The position numbers and the translations under genes are program-made. Of a DNA stretch of 64,000 nucleotides, positions 25,688-39,065 are shown in pieces. How positions within the stretch are numbered: position 1 is the first letter of the stretch; each line of letters starts with the position of its first letter. The notes below the pieces were generated by a model that was not told where the DNA came from, searched no databases, and was given only the letters and a program-made list of their open reading frames with translations. Source of the DNA: Octopus sinensis (taxonomy: Eukaryota). Where the stretch lies: NCBI RefSeq assembly GCF_006345805.1, contig NC_043018.1:3100001-3164000 (forward strand). Reading direction: 5' to 3'.

Positions 25688-27287
25688 CACACACATACAC
25701 ATTTAAACACATATGTATATATATGTATATATGCAGACGTACATATACATACATATATTTACATATATGTATGTGTGTTTGTGTGTGCGTGCGTGTGTAT
25801 ACATGAATATATATTAATATGTACGTACACACACACACATACATACTCATATAAATATTTCGAAATACACATTTTCAATCATATCATTTAGCAATGTATA
25901 TTTCATGTAAGCCAATAATGATTATGGACAATACGGGAGGAATAAAACGTTACGCGAAGATAATATACGGTTCAACGAGTTTGATTTACTTCTGTGTGCT
26001 TATGTGCTGTGTTCAGTGTTTAAATTAATCTGTATGAGTCTGAGGAATCATAGGTCAACGTATGGAAGCTGTCAAATCTATTTGATATGATCAGTATCAT
26101 ATAACCATCCGTACACTGCTTCGATATTGTAATATGAGTGATACGATTGATATGTCAGATATTCATCAAACTGTTAATTCACCTGTCCCTGGTATCATGC
26201 TATATAAGCTGGTTTTTAACTATCATTTTCACATTAGCTCTTTTTATGAAAGATAAATGTTGTTTTATTGCAGGGAGCCACGAGGTTACGAATTATCGAT
26301 GAAGGCTCCTGTCATTTGAAAAGTCTGGTTGTTTTATATTATTTATATATTAGGAAGATGAGTATTAATATTCGTGGTGTTTGAAAGTTGTCCAAGATTA
26401 GTCAGAGATACACGATGTTCGATTTAAACATCGGGATTTTTGTACAAGCTTGTGAGATAAACACTAGGTATGAACAGATTTTAGCATATTTCGGTGGTCC
26501 TGACTAAGGATGAAATTTTGGTCATGACTTCAGTGGTGTCTGGCGTCTGATATTTAACTAAAATATTTCACTGAGATGTTATCCATGTTTTAAAGGTTTA
26601 GAGCCATTGTAGACGAAATGTAGGTGTGGGTTGTTTGGGTGAGTATTGTAGAAAACACTGAGTCGATTTCATCTTGTTGATGGGTTCTTTTGCAATCCCC
26701 AATAAATATCTTGAGCCATACGGTCGGGGATGATGAAATGGAGTAACATTTTATTAATATAAATATTTTAAAGACGTCTCGTATCACCATGTGTGATGTG
26801 CAACAACGTAGAATACACCTGAGCTTACGACTGGCTCATTAACACAATAGAGATAGAGTATGTTCTGATCCTCAAGAGGAACGCTTGTCTTTCGAACACA
26901 GTTTTGGTGAAACAGTGTAAGAATTCGCTATGAGAGTCTTAAATGTAAGATGTTTCCATTTGGAGATCACGTGGTTTATGACTCTCATACGTGTTGCATT
27001 GGCATCCTCATTTTGTTGATGCTACCTCATTATTGAAAATATATTGCCGAGATCACTTCTAGTGGATTTAATCCAGGTTTGGTAAGAGCTGTGTCTATGT
27101 TACGTTTCAGAGATACATACACAACGGAGACTAAATGTTATATTTTGGCTAGTGTACTTTGGCTAAAATCGGTCCAAGGGGGTGGGGTGCCCCTCATTTC
27201 CAAGGCAGTAGGGAAAAATGATTGGAAAATTCGGCATAAACGGAGAAAAACCGAACTTATGTAGGAGTACACTACGCAAAATATACC

Positions 27288-27518
27288 TATTTCTTTACTA
27301 CCCACAAGGAGATAAACACAGAGGGGACAACCAAGGACAGACAAACGGATTAAGTCGATTACATCGACCCCAGTGCGAAACTGGTACTTAATTTATCGAT
27401 CCCGAAAGGATGAAAGGCAAAGTCGACCGCGGCGGAATTTGAACTCAGAACGTAACGGCAGGCGAAATACGGCTACGCATTTCGCCCGGCGAGCTAACCA
27501 TTCTGCTAGCTCACCGCC
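27288..27518 (-). mobile_element. SINE family A (tail A), 20-bp TSD
   Basis: TACACTACGCAAAATATACC at 27268-27287 and 27519-27538. Confidence 0.92.
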
Positions 27519-29185
27519 TACACTACGCAAAATATACCACCTATCACACTTAGTAAGTTGTTCATTCAGGAAGAAATAGATTACGAAGTATAATTTAAGG
27601 GAGTTAGAATGACGAGGAAATTGAATAGTTTGATTTAAGATCAAGTTTTGGTGCTTATTTCTTGAAAGTCATGTAAGAAATAAATCTGGGATAAAGGTGA
27701 CTGCAAAATTTTACATGCTAACGTATTTATTAAAGATAGAGTTTGCAGTCAGAAAGAAGGCTTTCACATCAGGTTTCTAGTGAAGGTAATGGTTAAGGGA
27801 AAGTAAATTAACATCGACTGTAGAGAAATGTTTGCCACTGCAATGATGCCGCTGTGTTTCAGCAGCAATCATGGATAATGAAAAAAGAGAACACTATTAA
27901 CACCCATACCAAGTCAACCAATGGAATATTAAATAAACACCAAACTTATTTTTCAAGGTAATGTGACTATAATATAGAAAGGAAAGAGTTGAACATAATA
28001 GTAATGTCATTGTAGGTGTGTGATTGTAATTGGCGTTTTGCAAATTTAATATAGACCTTCTTAACAAAAAAACGTGGGCCCATGCTGATATTAGGGAATA
28101 AAGGGAACACACAGCGAGTTCAATGCAGGAATAAATCTATTTTTCATGACAACAGCCTTCAAATTTCTCTATGTGTAGGTAAGCACCATCGACTTACTTG
28201 CGACAGGTGTTATCACAGGTCGAACCCTTGCTCTTTTCATTTACAATTTCAGTGATCTTTTTTTGACTAATTTCGTTTTACATCTTCAAACCTAGTGCAC
28301 CTCCGACTAAGGAAATATAATTTCAGAAGCATTCCAGCTGCGCTCGGCCATATCTAATATTCAGAGACAGTCTCTATGATTTAAAATTTACTTGCATTAT
28401 TAAAGCCAGAATCAGAAGGTTTTTAGGGATATTTACTGTAATATATATATAGCAACTTTACTTGTTACTCTACATTCTCTTCATCTCTTCACTCCTCCAC
28501 AGGAATAGATATCCTCATTGAAATCTCAGATTTTCACAAGAGAAATCCGTTACTTCACAGATGATAATTGCTTAAACGCCTGCTGTTCACTATACAAGCG
28601 AAGACGACTACAATTTCGTGTGCAGTATCATTACTATACAGGCTGACAAGTCATTGTGGCAGATTACAATATTACTGTTCAATGTGCTTCGTTCTGCTTC
28701 AGGCTGCAATCTTAGCAAGAAAGCTATGAACATACATTTCGTATCCGGCATTGTAATGTTAAATACATACAGCGTTTGTTGCTCAGGGAAATTTGACTAT
28801 AATATAGATAATAAGGGCTGAATACCTTATCAATGTTACTAGCAAAAGAAAAAAAGTTCTAGCGTTAAGTAAATGTTGTATCAATATATTCTATATTATA
28901 TTTAATACATACACATTAATATAAGCGTCTGTGCATTCATACACACGCGCGTGTGTATATATAAAAGAAATATACGTATACGACATGTATAAGAAAATAT
29001 GTATCAATAAATATATACATTCATACGCTGTCAATGAACATATATTAGGCGCTAGTGAGAAACGCAAGTATAGAACAACTACTCAAAATGTGTTGGTATT
29101 TTTTCTTTTTTTTTTATTGGATTTGGTTAAAAAAAACGACTGGTATAGATGGAATATGTGTAACGGTGTGGGCTCTACATATAAT

Positions 29186-29400
29186 ATTTTCTACTCTAGA
29201 CACAAGGCCCGATTTTTAGGGGAGGGGTCCAGTGTATTACAATGCCCCCAGTACGCAACTGGTACTTAATTTATCGACCCCGAAAGGACGAAAGGCAAAG
29301 GTGACCTCGGTAGAATTTGAACTCAGATCGTAACGGCAGACGAAATACGGTTAAGCATTCGCCTGGCATGGTAACGTTTCTGCCAGCTCGCCACCTTAGT
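29186..29400 (-). mobile_element. SINE family A, tail B, 13-bp TSD
   Basis: CTCTACATATAAT at 29173-29185 and 29401-29413. Confidence 0.88.
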
Positions 29401-30119
29401 CTCTACATATAATGCTTTAACAATACAACAAATTTAGATTTCTTGTCACATAACTCTACCACTCATGGTAGAGTGTAATATTATTTATTGAAAGCTGTGT
29501 CTCCGCGAGTTGCTTGTTTAAGTTGCAGTGATTTCTGTTCGTTAAGTAATTGATGGTATTGCTTATGAAGCCGTCCAACGTACATAAAAGTTGCGTCTCT
29601 TCGGGTTTGGTATTTGTGAATATGTAAAACAGTCTATTACAAAAGTTCTTCAAATATGATTCGTTATTCTGGAAATGGTGGAGAATTTAGAAACACAAAA
29701 CACATATATGAGAAAACAAGTGATATGTGAAATAATATATATTTCAAGAACATCAAGAAAGCCGTTTTATCTATAGGTGCAGCTTTTGACTATATATATA
29801 TATATATATATACATATTATACATACATACATATATAAATATGTGTGTGTGTAGTGAGAGAGAGAGAGAGACAGAGAGAGACAGAGATGCATACATACTC
29901 ATATATATACATGGTTACACACAAATACACAGAGGTTTCTCACTTATTGTCAGAAGAGTTCCATTTACCCATTGAACTTGCACGATCATGTACATGCATG
30001 TGGTTATTCAGTCCTGTAGTTTTTGTTTCGGCAGGTGTGTTTGCTAACATGACATTTATATATGTATATATATATATATATATATGTATTTCCTCTATGA
30101 GTATACCTTTGTTCCTGCG

Positions 30120-30560
30120 ACGGTAAGATCATCTCGCAACCAGCTCGATTCCTCCTTGGCTCATCGTGCTTTATATGGATGACATATGAAGCGCTTGATA
30201 GGTTCGCATACGAAGTATTTTCCCCTTCCTGCTGATGTCCTGCAGCCACAGCATTTAGTTCCAGTTTCCGGAGCCAAAGCTTTGAAGTATTATATTCCAT
30301 TCATAGTTTTTCAAAGACACTACTCCTTCACTTGATAGCCTCGATGACGTACGGCTCTCAGCCAATATCTCCCAGATATACATATCGATCTCCAATACCT
30401 TATCAGTGCCTTGTATTACATTCTTAAACCGCTTTCTACCTTTGTTCTAAGGACGTTTCCCTTTAGTCAGTACCCCATAAAATATGCACTTGTGTAGCCT
30501 GCCGCTTTCCATCTTGAGGACGTAGCCATCTCAATGCATATGGTTCGAAGTTTAATTTTG
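30120..30560 (-). pseudogene. Decayed RTE (BovB-like) LINE ORF2 C-terminus
   Basis: Frameshifted translation resembling MEDGRLPKQ.FYGEL..GKR.....KRFKDV.K..L....ID...WE.LAESR. Confidence 0.6.
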
Positions 30561-30873
30561 TTTAATACTGGTGCTGCCAATTTTCTCAATTACAGGAAAT
30601 TCATGAGTATAGAAGACATACTTCACTTTCAGGGTGACGTTATATCTATATAACATACTAAATGACAGCTTAGCTAAACCAAATGCAAAATCATATCTAA
30701 CAAGAACGGAACCAAGTGTTAAAAGTTGTTATATTCGCCGCCAGCAGCAATCTTTGTTTCTATACGTTCAGCGAATCTTTACCTAGCATCGAACGGTTAT
30801 TGACTGCTATTTCCAGCACAAACTGGGACCTTGGTGCCACTATTTCCTTTTCATATAATATATATATATATAA

Positions 30874-30910
<37 letters not shown>

Positions 30911-31499
30911 GATACATACACTTATATATACATGTATATTCTTATATATGCATAAATACACACACTCACACAGACATATATATATCAAGGCCTTAGGCAC
31001 CTTTTGTTACATATAGTGACAATTGAATTTTCCTGTATGGTATTATATTGAGCCCAGGTGTTTATATTAATTTTTTATAAATGTATTTCTTCAATCCTTA
31101 TTCCAATTGATTTCATATTTGGTGAATTGGTGTAGTTTTCTTAGCACGTTATGGACATGAAATTCATTTTCGCCATAAATGAATAAATATGAGTTAACAG
31201 CTTTTAAATTTTGCAAATTTTCGGTAATTTTAACCACTCGAAAGCCACATATATATAGATACCTGTCTCCATAGTTACAAACGAAGCTGATACCAAGCTG
31301 CTTACCCACGTGGACAGTTTTCGTTTATTAAATGCTTAAAACACGTGAGGTATGAGTGGAGTCGTAAAAATATATATCATTCTGGTATCCGGCGCAGAGT
31401 AGCTCATACATGCATGCATACATACATACATATATACACACATACTTGCATACATACATGCATACATACATGCATACGTGCATACATACATACATACGT

Positions 31500-32220
31500 G
31501 CATACATACATACATACATACATACACACATACATACATATATACATGCATACATACATACATATTTATATCTATAACTATTTATATATATGTATACAAA
31601 CACGCAATCATATATATATTCAGATGTTCGTTGACTTAAATATATATATATGTTTGTGTGTGCGTATACATATATATAACTAGATATACACAGACTTACC
31701 TACGCACATGTATGTGCATCAATCTATGCACATATTTATGCATATAATAATGATATACATACATGCATACATACACACATACATACATACATACATACAT
31801 ACATACACATACATACATACATATATACATGCATACATACATACATATTTATATCTATAACTATTATATATATGTATACAAACACGCAATCATATATATA
31901 TTCAGATGTTCGTTGACTTAAATATATATATATGTTTGTGTGTGCGTATACATATATATAACTAGATATACACAGACTTACCTACGCACATGTATGTGCA
32001 TCAATCTATGCACATATTTATGCATATAATAATGATATACATACATGCATACATACACACATACATACATACATACATACATACATACATACATAGGATT
32101 GTGTATATGTATATACGTGAGTTAATTATATGCACACATTTATGCATATAATAATGATATACATACATACATACATACATACATAGGATTGTGTATACGT
32201 ATATACGTGAGTTAATTTTT
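31500..32220. repeat. Local tandem duplications (283-bp and ~90-bp periods) in ATAC-rich DNA
   Basis: CATATTTATATCTATAAC at 31561 and 31844; TAGGATTGTG at ~32094 and ~32184. Confidence 0.85.
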
Positions 32221-33078
32221 GCCGAAAATTATTTAAAAGCGATAGAAAACAAGTGAGTATGGATTTTTTTTAATTACTGATGCTGCTGCAATATTATCTT
32301 TCTCGATAACAAATGTTTTGTGTCGTATAAAGTCTTTTATATGAAAATAGGTTTCGTTCAGCGCCAAAATTCCTTGAAAAAATTCTGCAATTTCGCAAGA
32401 TATTTTGTATTTCGGCTTTTTAATGTAATATTGGTATATTTGATAAAAGACTGTTTCATACCTATTTCAAAATAACCACTTATTCTATGCTTTTTTATTC
32501 GAATAATTTCACTTTGATAATATTTTTTGTCTTATTATTTTAATTATTTTGTAGGGATTGTTTTTGTCTATTAAAATATAGATAAGTTTTCCTCGATATT
32601 TTTGTAAAATGAGATATGAGTTCAGTGGCAAATATACTTTTAAACCAGTGGCATTCAAAGAAATTAGTAACGCAGTTTATGAAAGTTATGTTTTGAAATT
32701 ATATACAACAATTATCTACATTATTTACTGTATTCGTCCTAGTCTTTCCACCAGTATCGACAGTAAATATCCATATGTTAAGTGACGAGTTGTAGTATCA
32801 GTAGTGAACTCTTATCCTCAGATTCCTATCTTCAGTTGCTATGAACCAACTGTAGATATCAATGGTTAATACTCCAATAGTGTGTTTAACCAAAACCCTT
32901 CATATCAGTTGGGGTTTATTACGACAGTCTTAACACAAGCCATTTGTGAATTGTATTACTTTGGGTGTATTATCTTTTGCTATCATGCTTTTGTGATGTG
33001 TCCTTCACCGCAGTTCATTTGGCATTGAAAATTCATTGAAAGTTCTCGCCAAGGCTCTCAAGTATTTATAATTTTTCT

Positions 33079-33312
33079 TATTTCTTTATTGCCCACAAGG
33101 GGCTAGACATAGAAGGGACAAACAGGGACAGACAAAGGAATTACGTCGATCACATCGACCCCAGTGCGCAACTGTTACTTAATTTATCGACACCCGAAAT
33201 GATAAAAGGAAAAGTCGACCTCGGCGGAATTTGAACTCAGAACGTAACGGCAGACGAAATACTAGTAAGCATTTCGCCCGGTGTGCTAACGGTTCTTCCA
33301 GCTCGCCGCCTT
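33079..33312 (-). mobile_element. SINE family A (tail A)
   Basis: Full homology to 16774-17005; flanked by TATTTATAAT direct repeats. Confidence 0.88.
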
Positions 33313-33793
33313 ATTTATTTATAATATTTGATCCATCTTTTCACCGTTGATTCGTGCACCAACCTCGTCAAGTTTGTATTGATCCCTTTGAAGTACCACT
33401 GGTAGCAACGATTTAAATCATCCATCATCTCAAATTTACCCTATAAACATATAATTACAGTTTACTCTTAGTATCTTTGAATTAAGCAGAGTTTGTGTTT
33501 ATGTTGTGGAATCCAATATTCTTCTACTGAGCTTAGTAGTATTGTTATATTAATGAATTCTAAATTGTTTCATTGTACTCAATCCCTGTATTCCTTTCTT
33601 GGTTTCTCACATTGATCGTGCTTACAGATACTGCTGTGCGAAGTGAGGATCACGTCGTAATCATATTTTCTACTTTATTATGTTGAACCCTAGTCATATA
33701 TTCTTGAACCTCAGTCATGTATCCTAATCGAATTACCTTTACATCCCTGTCAGTCAATTTCGTTGATTCCTGCTCCGCGTGCAGGCAACAAAC

Positions 33794-33960
33794 AATATTC
33801 TTTTCTACTCTAGGCACAAGGCTCGAAATTTTTTGTGGGAGGGGACGGTCGATTAGATCGACCTCAGTACGCAGATGGTACTTAATTTATTGACCCCGAA
33901 ACGATGAAAGGTAAAGTCGACCTCAGTGGAATTTGAACTCAGAACGTAGCGGCAGACCAA
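33794..33960 (-). mobile_element. SINE family A, tail B, head-truncated and fused to the next copy
   Basis: TTTTCTACTCTAGGCACAAGG tail; joins the following tail-A copy at the AAATAC motif. Confidence 0.8.
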
Positions 33961-34397
33961 ATACCTATTTCTTTACTACCCACAAGGGGCTAAATACAGA
34001 GGGGACAAACAAGGACAGACAAACGGATCAAGTCGATTATATCGACACCAGTGCGTTACTGGTACTTAATTTATCGACCCCGAAAGGATGAAAGGCAAAG
34101 TCGACCTCGGCGGAATTCGCCCGGCGTGCTAACGATTCTGCCAGATCGCCGCCTTCACGCAGCAAACAATATCACATTCAACTAAGGCGGCGATCTGGCA
34201 GAAACGTTAGCACGCCGGGAGAATTCCGGCGAGGTCGAATTAGGCTTTCATCCTTTCGGGGTCGATAAATTAAGTACCAGTAACGCACTGAGGTCGATAT
34301 AATCGACTTAATCTGTTTGTCCGTCCTTGTTTGTCCCCTCTGTGTTTAGCCCCTTGTGGGAAGTAAAGAAATAGGTATTTTGTCTGGCGTTACGTTC
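33942..34397. mobile_element. Fold-back pair of SINE A copies (214-bp arms, 28-nt loop)
   Basis: 33942-34155 is the reverse complement of 34184-34397; both arms share an internal ~43-bp deletion and a GATC variant. Confidence 0.9.
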
Positions 34398-35759
34398 AAA
34401 GATACTCCAGCTGAATAAGAAATATTCTGACTCTTGTAGATATATAAGTGCGCGCGTGTGTGTGCGTGTTTACTTATAAATTTTCCAAATAAAAATTCAA
34501 GAGAAGCAAAATTGTTATATTGTCTCTTCGTTTCTGTTACATGAAAAATTGTGGAAAAACAATTGTAAATAAAAATATCATAAATTGATAAGAAAGTTAA
34601 ATGATATAAAAACAAAAGCCAAAATATATAAACTTAAAAAGAAATAAACTGAAAATTTAATATTATGAAAGAAAACGTCGACAAAATAGTTAAAGAGATT
34701 TAAATAATTAAATTGAATGCATAAATATTTATGTTGGCGTTACTTCTAGAAAAACATGCTTGCACAAGTCTCAGCAAAGAAACAGTTTAGTGTTCGCGTA
34801 TTGAAACTGGAGCCTTCCTGTTTCTAATCTGTTTCAGACATCAAAGGGTGATAGTTTATATTTCAATTCGCCGGAAAGGTTTTGTATATATTTACCCAGT
34901 TTTAAAATCCATAACGTTTTTGTTTGGTTTATTACACGGTGGAGTACTTTCTGTCATTTAAAGACGGTATATTTTAGCTTTATAGGTGTCAGTAACTGAA
35001 GGTGGGGGTTCGGTACAAACCTTAGAGAAGTGGGAAAATGTTTCACGATGCAATTATTTTTTTCCCAGTTCTTTACGATATTTGTTCAAATTCCACCGAG
35101 GGCAAATGTGTCATTCACCCCCCTCCGATCAATAAAGCATTGTAGAGGCTAAATAGGAGTTAATGCTATCAAGTAACAATCTTCCTCGAAACTGCTGTCT
35201 TCCTTATTAATTAAAAATAAAACTCTACGTGACTTATCAGATTCAGGCGTTCGAATTCAGGATATTGTTTTCCTTTTTAAGACTTCTGACATTTGGGAGT
35301 TTTTGTAAAGATATTCTATATTCTAAATTCAAAAATTTTGAAGGACATTTCTCACGGCTACAATTTTCTATATACTTTTCTATACTTTTCAAAAAAGTAT
35401 ATAGGTAAGTAAAAAACAAAAAAACAACAACACTGTTTTAGACATCATGAAAATGTCAACGTCAACGAAACAGCTGAATAATCATTCGGCGGTTTTTACT
35501 AATAATACGTGTTTTCCAACGTCTCAGAGACCTAAAAACAGACTGTTTTGATAATGAATTCATATTTGTGAGAGCTTTTATTTCTCAATAGATGATATTT
35601 TGCATAACAATGCCCCGGATATATGTCGTATGTATTTATTCAATTGCAACATACTTATGCTGTGTACTGAGGCATTTACATGACAGCCTACTGTTTTCTC
35701 TTCACCCAAATATATTCAATTACCACTCTATCAGAATATATATATATATACTTATGTAA

Positions 35760-35816
<57 letters not shown>

Positions 35817-35880
35817 TACAAATATATACACATCTATATATATGTATATGGTGTGTATAGTATATATATATATATAATAT

Positions 35881-35925
<45 letters not shown>

Positions 35926-37569
35926 CATATGTGTATATCCTGACGTGAGTGTGTATATGTTTGTCTATATGCGTGTGTCGAGGTTTTTTGTTCCTTCTAA
36001 TATTATTCAGTCTGCTCCCCCCCTTTCTTTTTCTATATCATGTTTATCATTTCCCAATATTTACATATTATCTTATCTACAGTTTTATTTTCATGTTTTC
36101 ATTTTCTAAATTATTCAAACCATTATATAAATTTAAATATGATTTTTTATACCATTATTGAAAATCATCATATATTTATGCATACAATTTAATTATTAAA
36201 ATCTCTTTAACTATCTAGTCGACATTTTCTTTCATAATTTCGAAATTTTATCAGTTTATTTCATTTCAAATCTATATAGTTTTGCCTTCTTTTGTACTTT
36301 AGTTTCCTTATCTATTCGTGTCACTTTTTTTCATTTGCAATTGTTGTTGTTTATTGCAATTATTCAAAATTCTTATCGTTTTATATAACAATATTTCGTT
36401 ATAATCAATAAGATTAAAGATTACAAAAAAAACAGCGTCTGTAGTTGAGCTCCAAATTAATTGTTTTGTAGGATTTAACTTCGATTTCTTACAATTATGA
36501 ACCGGGCGCTAGACTCAATAATGTCGGACTGGGCATTCACTTGTTCACAACTGGATGAAATAAATACCAAGATAGAGAAAATACAAATAGCTTGTCTCAA
36601 GAGAAATATCTATTTTGAGCCAAGGAGCGGGTCTTGGCTCAAGGAGTAGTTTCAGAAATAGAAGCCAAATATTCCACCATAGATCATATTCTACCGCCTT
36701 AAATTTTTCTGTACGTTCAGTCATAGTAGGAACAACTTTACTGCTTAGTTAGACTTGATCTGAAGATAAATCTTAACAATATGAACAACAACAGAGCTTG
36801 TTCTTGCCTTCAACTCAAAGAATTGTCGCAGTCGTTATAATGTTGGATGGATAGAAACCGCTAAGTGTTTGTTCTGTGCTTCAAATTCAAACAACCCCGA
36901 TGCCAAATTGGCCTTTCATCCAATTTGGACTCGATAAAACAATAACGGTCGAGTGAGCTGGGTTAACAAAACTTTGAAAGGGTTTGTTCTGGATATTTGC
37001 GTTCATATATCAACACCTATCACGGCAAGAGTATCAAAACTCCACCGTCCGAAACCGATGACATTTTGTCTTTTACACATGTCTCTGGTGGATAGGGATT
37101 CACACCTTCGACGGTGCATTTAATTGTGTCATTTCATGTTTACAGATTTACAAATTGGCTGCTTTTCACGTTTGCTATTATTTATCTTAATAAAAGAAAT
37201 TCCTTTCGCAAATACAATATCATGCAATTCATCCTACTTTTAAGACGTTTAGTTAATGGAAACTATCTTAACACACACCTGTAGGGTTAAATAAAGGTAT
37301 CGAACATTAACCCTCATGTATCGGACTCAATGACTGAGTGTAATGTTCCTTCCTTACTTTGTTCTACCGAAAATAAAGTATCACACTATGTCAATGGATT
37401 GTGTGAATGGTAATAACTCCAAAAACGATATGTTGCTATATCTGCCCTGGTGTTTTTGGTTATTTTATGGGGGATGTCTTCGACTACACTGATGCCAAGC
37501 TGTAGCTCTCTTTTATCTCCCTTGGACCACGTTGATGCCATGGAGAGGAGAAACGTAGATGCGGGATAA

Positions 37570-39065
37570 GGCGGCGAGCTAGCAAAAACGTTAGCACGCC
37601 GGGCGAAATGCGTAGCCGTATTTCGTCTGCCGTTACCTTGTGAGTTCAAATTCTGCCGAGATCGACTTTGCCTTTCATCCTTTCGGGGTCGATAAATTAA
37701 GTACCAGTTACGCACTTGGGGTCGATATAATCGACTTAATCCGTTTGTCTGTCCTTGTTTGTCTCCTCTGTGTTTAGCCCATTGTGGGTAGTAAAGAAAT
37801 GGGTATTTCATCTTTTTTTTTACATGGCGGCGAGCTGGCAGAAAGGTTAGCACGCCGGGCGAAATGCTTAGCGGTATTTCGTCAGCCGCTACGTTCTGAG
37901 TTCAAATTCCGCCGAGGTCGACTTTGCCTTTCATCCTTTCGGGGTCGATTAAATAAGTACCAGTTACGCACTGGGGTCGATATAATCGACTTAATCTGTT
38001 TGTCTGTCTTTAGTTGTCCCCTCTGTGTTAGCCCATTGTGGGTAGTAAAGTAATAGGTATTTTATCTTTTTTTACAAGGCGGCGACTGGCAGAAAGGTTA
38101 GCACGCCGGGCGAAATGCTTAGCGGTATTTCGTCAGCCGCTACGTTCTGAGTTCAAATTCCGCCGAGGTCGACTTTGCCTTTCATCCTTTCGGGGTCGAT
38201 TAAATAAGTACCAGTTACGCACTGGGGTCGATATAATCGACTTAATCTGTTTGTCTGTCTTTAGTTGTCCCCTCTGTGTTTAGCCCATTGTGGGTAGTAA
38301 AGTAATAGGTATTTTATCTTTTTTTACAAGGCGGCGAGCTGGCAGAAAGTTTAGCATGCCGGGCGAAATGCTTAGCGGTACTTCGTCAGCCGCTACGTTC
38401 TAAGTTCAAATTCTGCCGAGGTCGACTTTGCCTTTCATCCTTTCGGGGTCGATTAAATAAGTACCAGTTACGCACTGGGGTCGATATAATCGACTTAATC
38501 TGTTTGTCTGTCTTTAGTTGTCCCCTCTGTGTTTAGCCCATTGTGGGTAGTAAAGTAATAGGTATTTTATCTTTTTTTACAAGGCGGCGAGCTGGCAGAA
38601 AGTTTAGCATGCCGGGCGAAATGCTTAGCGGTACTTCGTCAGCCGCTACGTTCTAAGTTCAAATTCTGCCGAGGTCGACTTTGCCTTTCATCCTTTCGGG
38701 GTCGATTAAATAAGTACCAGTTACGCACTGGGGTCGATATAATCGACTTAATCCGTTTGTCTGTCCTTGTTTGTCCCCTCTGTGTTTAGCCCATTGTGAG
38801 TAATAAAGAAATAGATATTTCATTTTTTTTACAAGGCGGTGAGCTGGCAGAAAGGTTAGCATGCCGGGCGAAATGCTTAGCGGTATTTCGTCAGCCGCTA
38901 CGTTCTAAGTTCAAATTCTGCCGAGGTCGACTTTGCCTTTTATTCATTCGAGGTCGATTAAATAAGTACCAGTTATGCACTGAGGTCGTTATAATCTAGT
39001 TAATCCGTTTGTATGTCCTTGTTTGTCCTCTGTGTGTTTAGCCCTTTGTGGGTAGTAAAGCAATC
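37570..39065 (+). repeat. Head-to-tail array of six SINE A copies (period 252-256 bp)
   Basis: Unit starts at 37570, 37826, 38078, 38330, 38583 and 38835; GAAACGTAGATGC repeats flank the array (37550-37562, 39066-39078). Confidence 0.95.

Noticed and set aside
25950-28400. Microsatellite-poor stretches (also 32300-33050) that could hide host exons or old DNA transposons
   Set aside because: All frames are interrupted by stops, with no recognisable domain or clear splice-bounded exon; needs BLASTX or RNA-seq.
37386-37853. 155-aa minus-strand ORF, and similar ORFs at 37784, 38038, 38659 and 27373
   Set aside because: These are read-throughs of SINE family A; the same peptide recurs wherever the SINE occurs.
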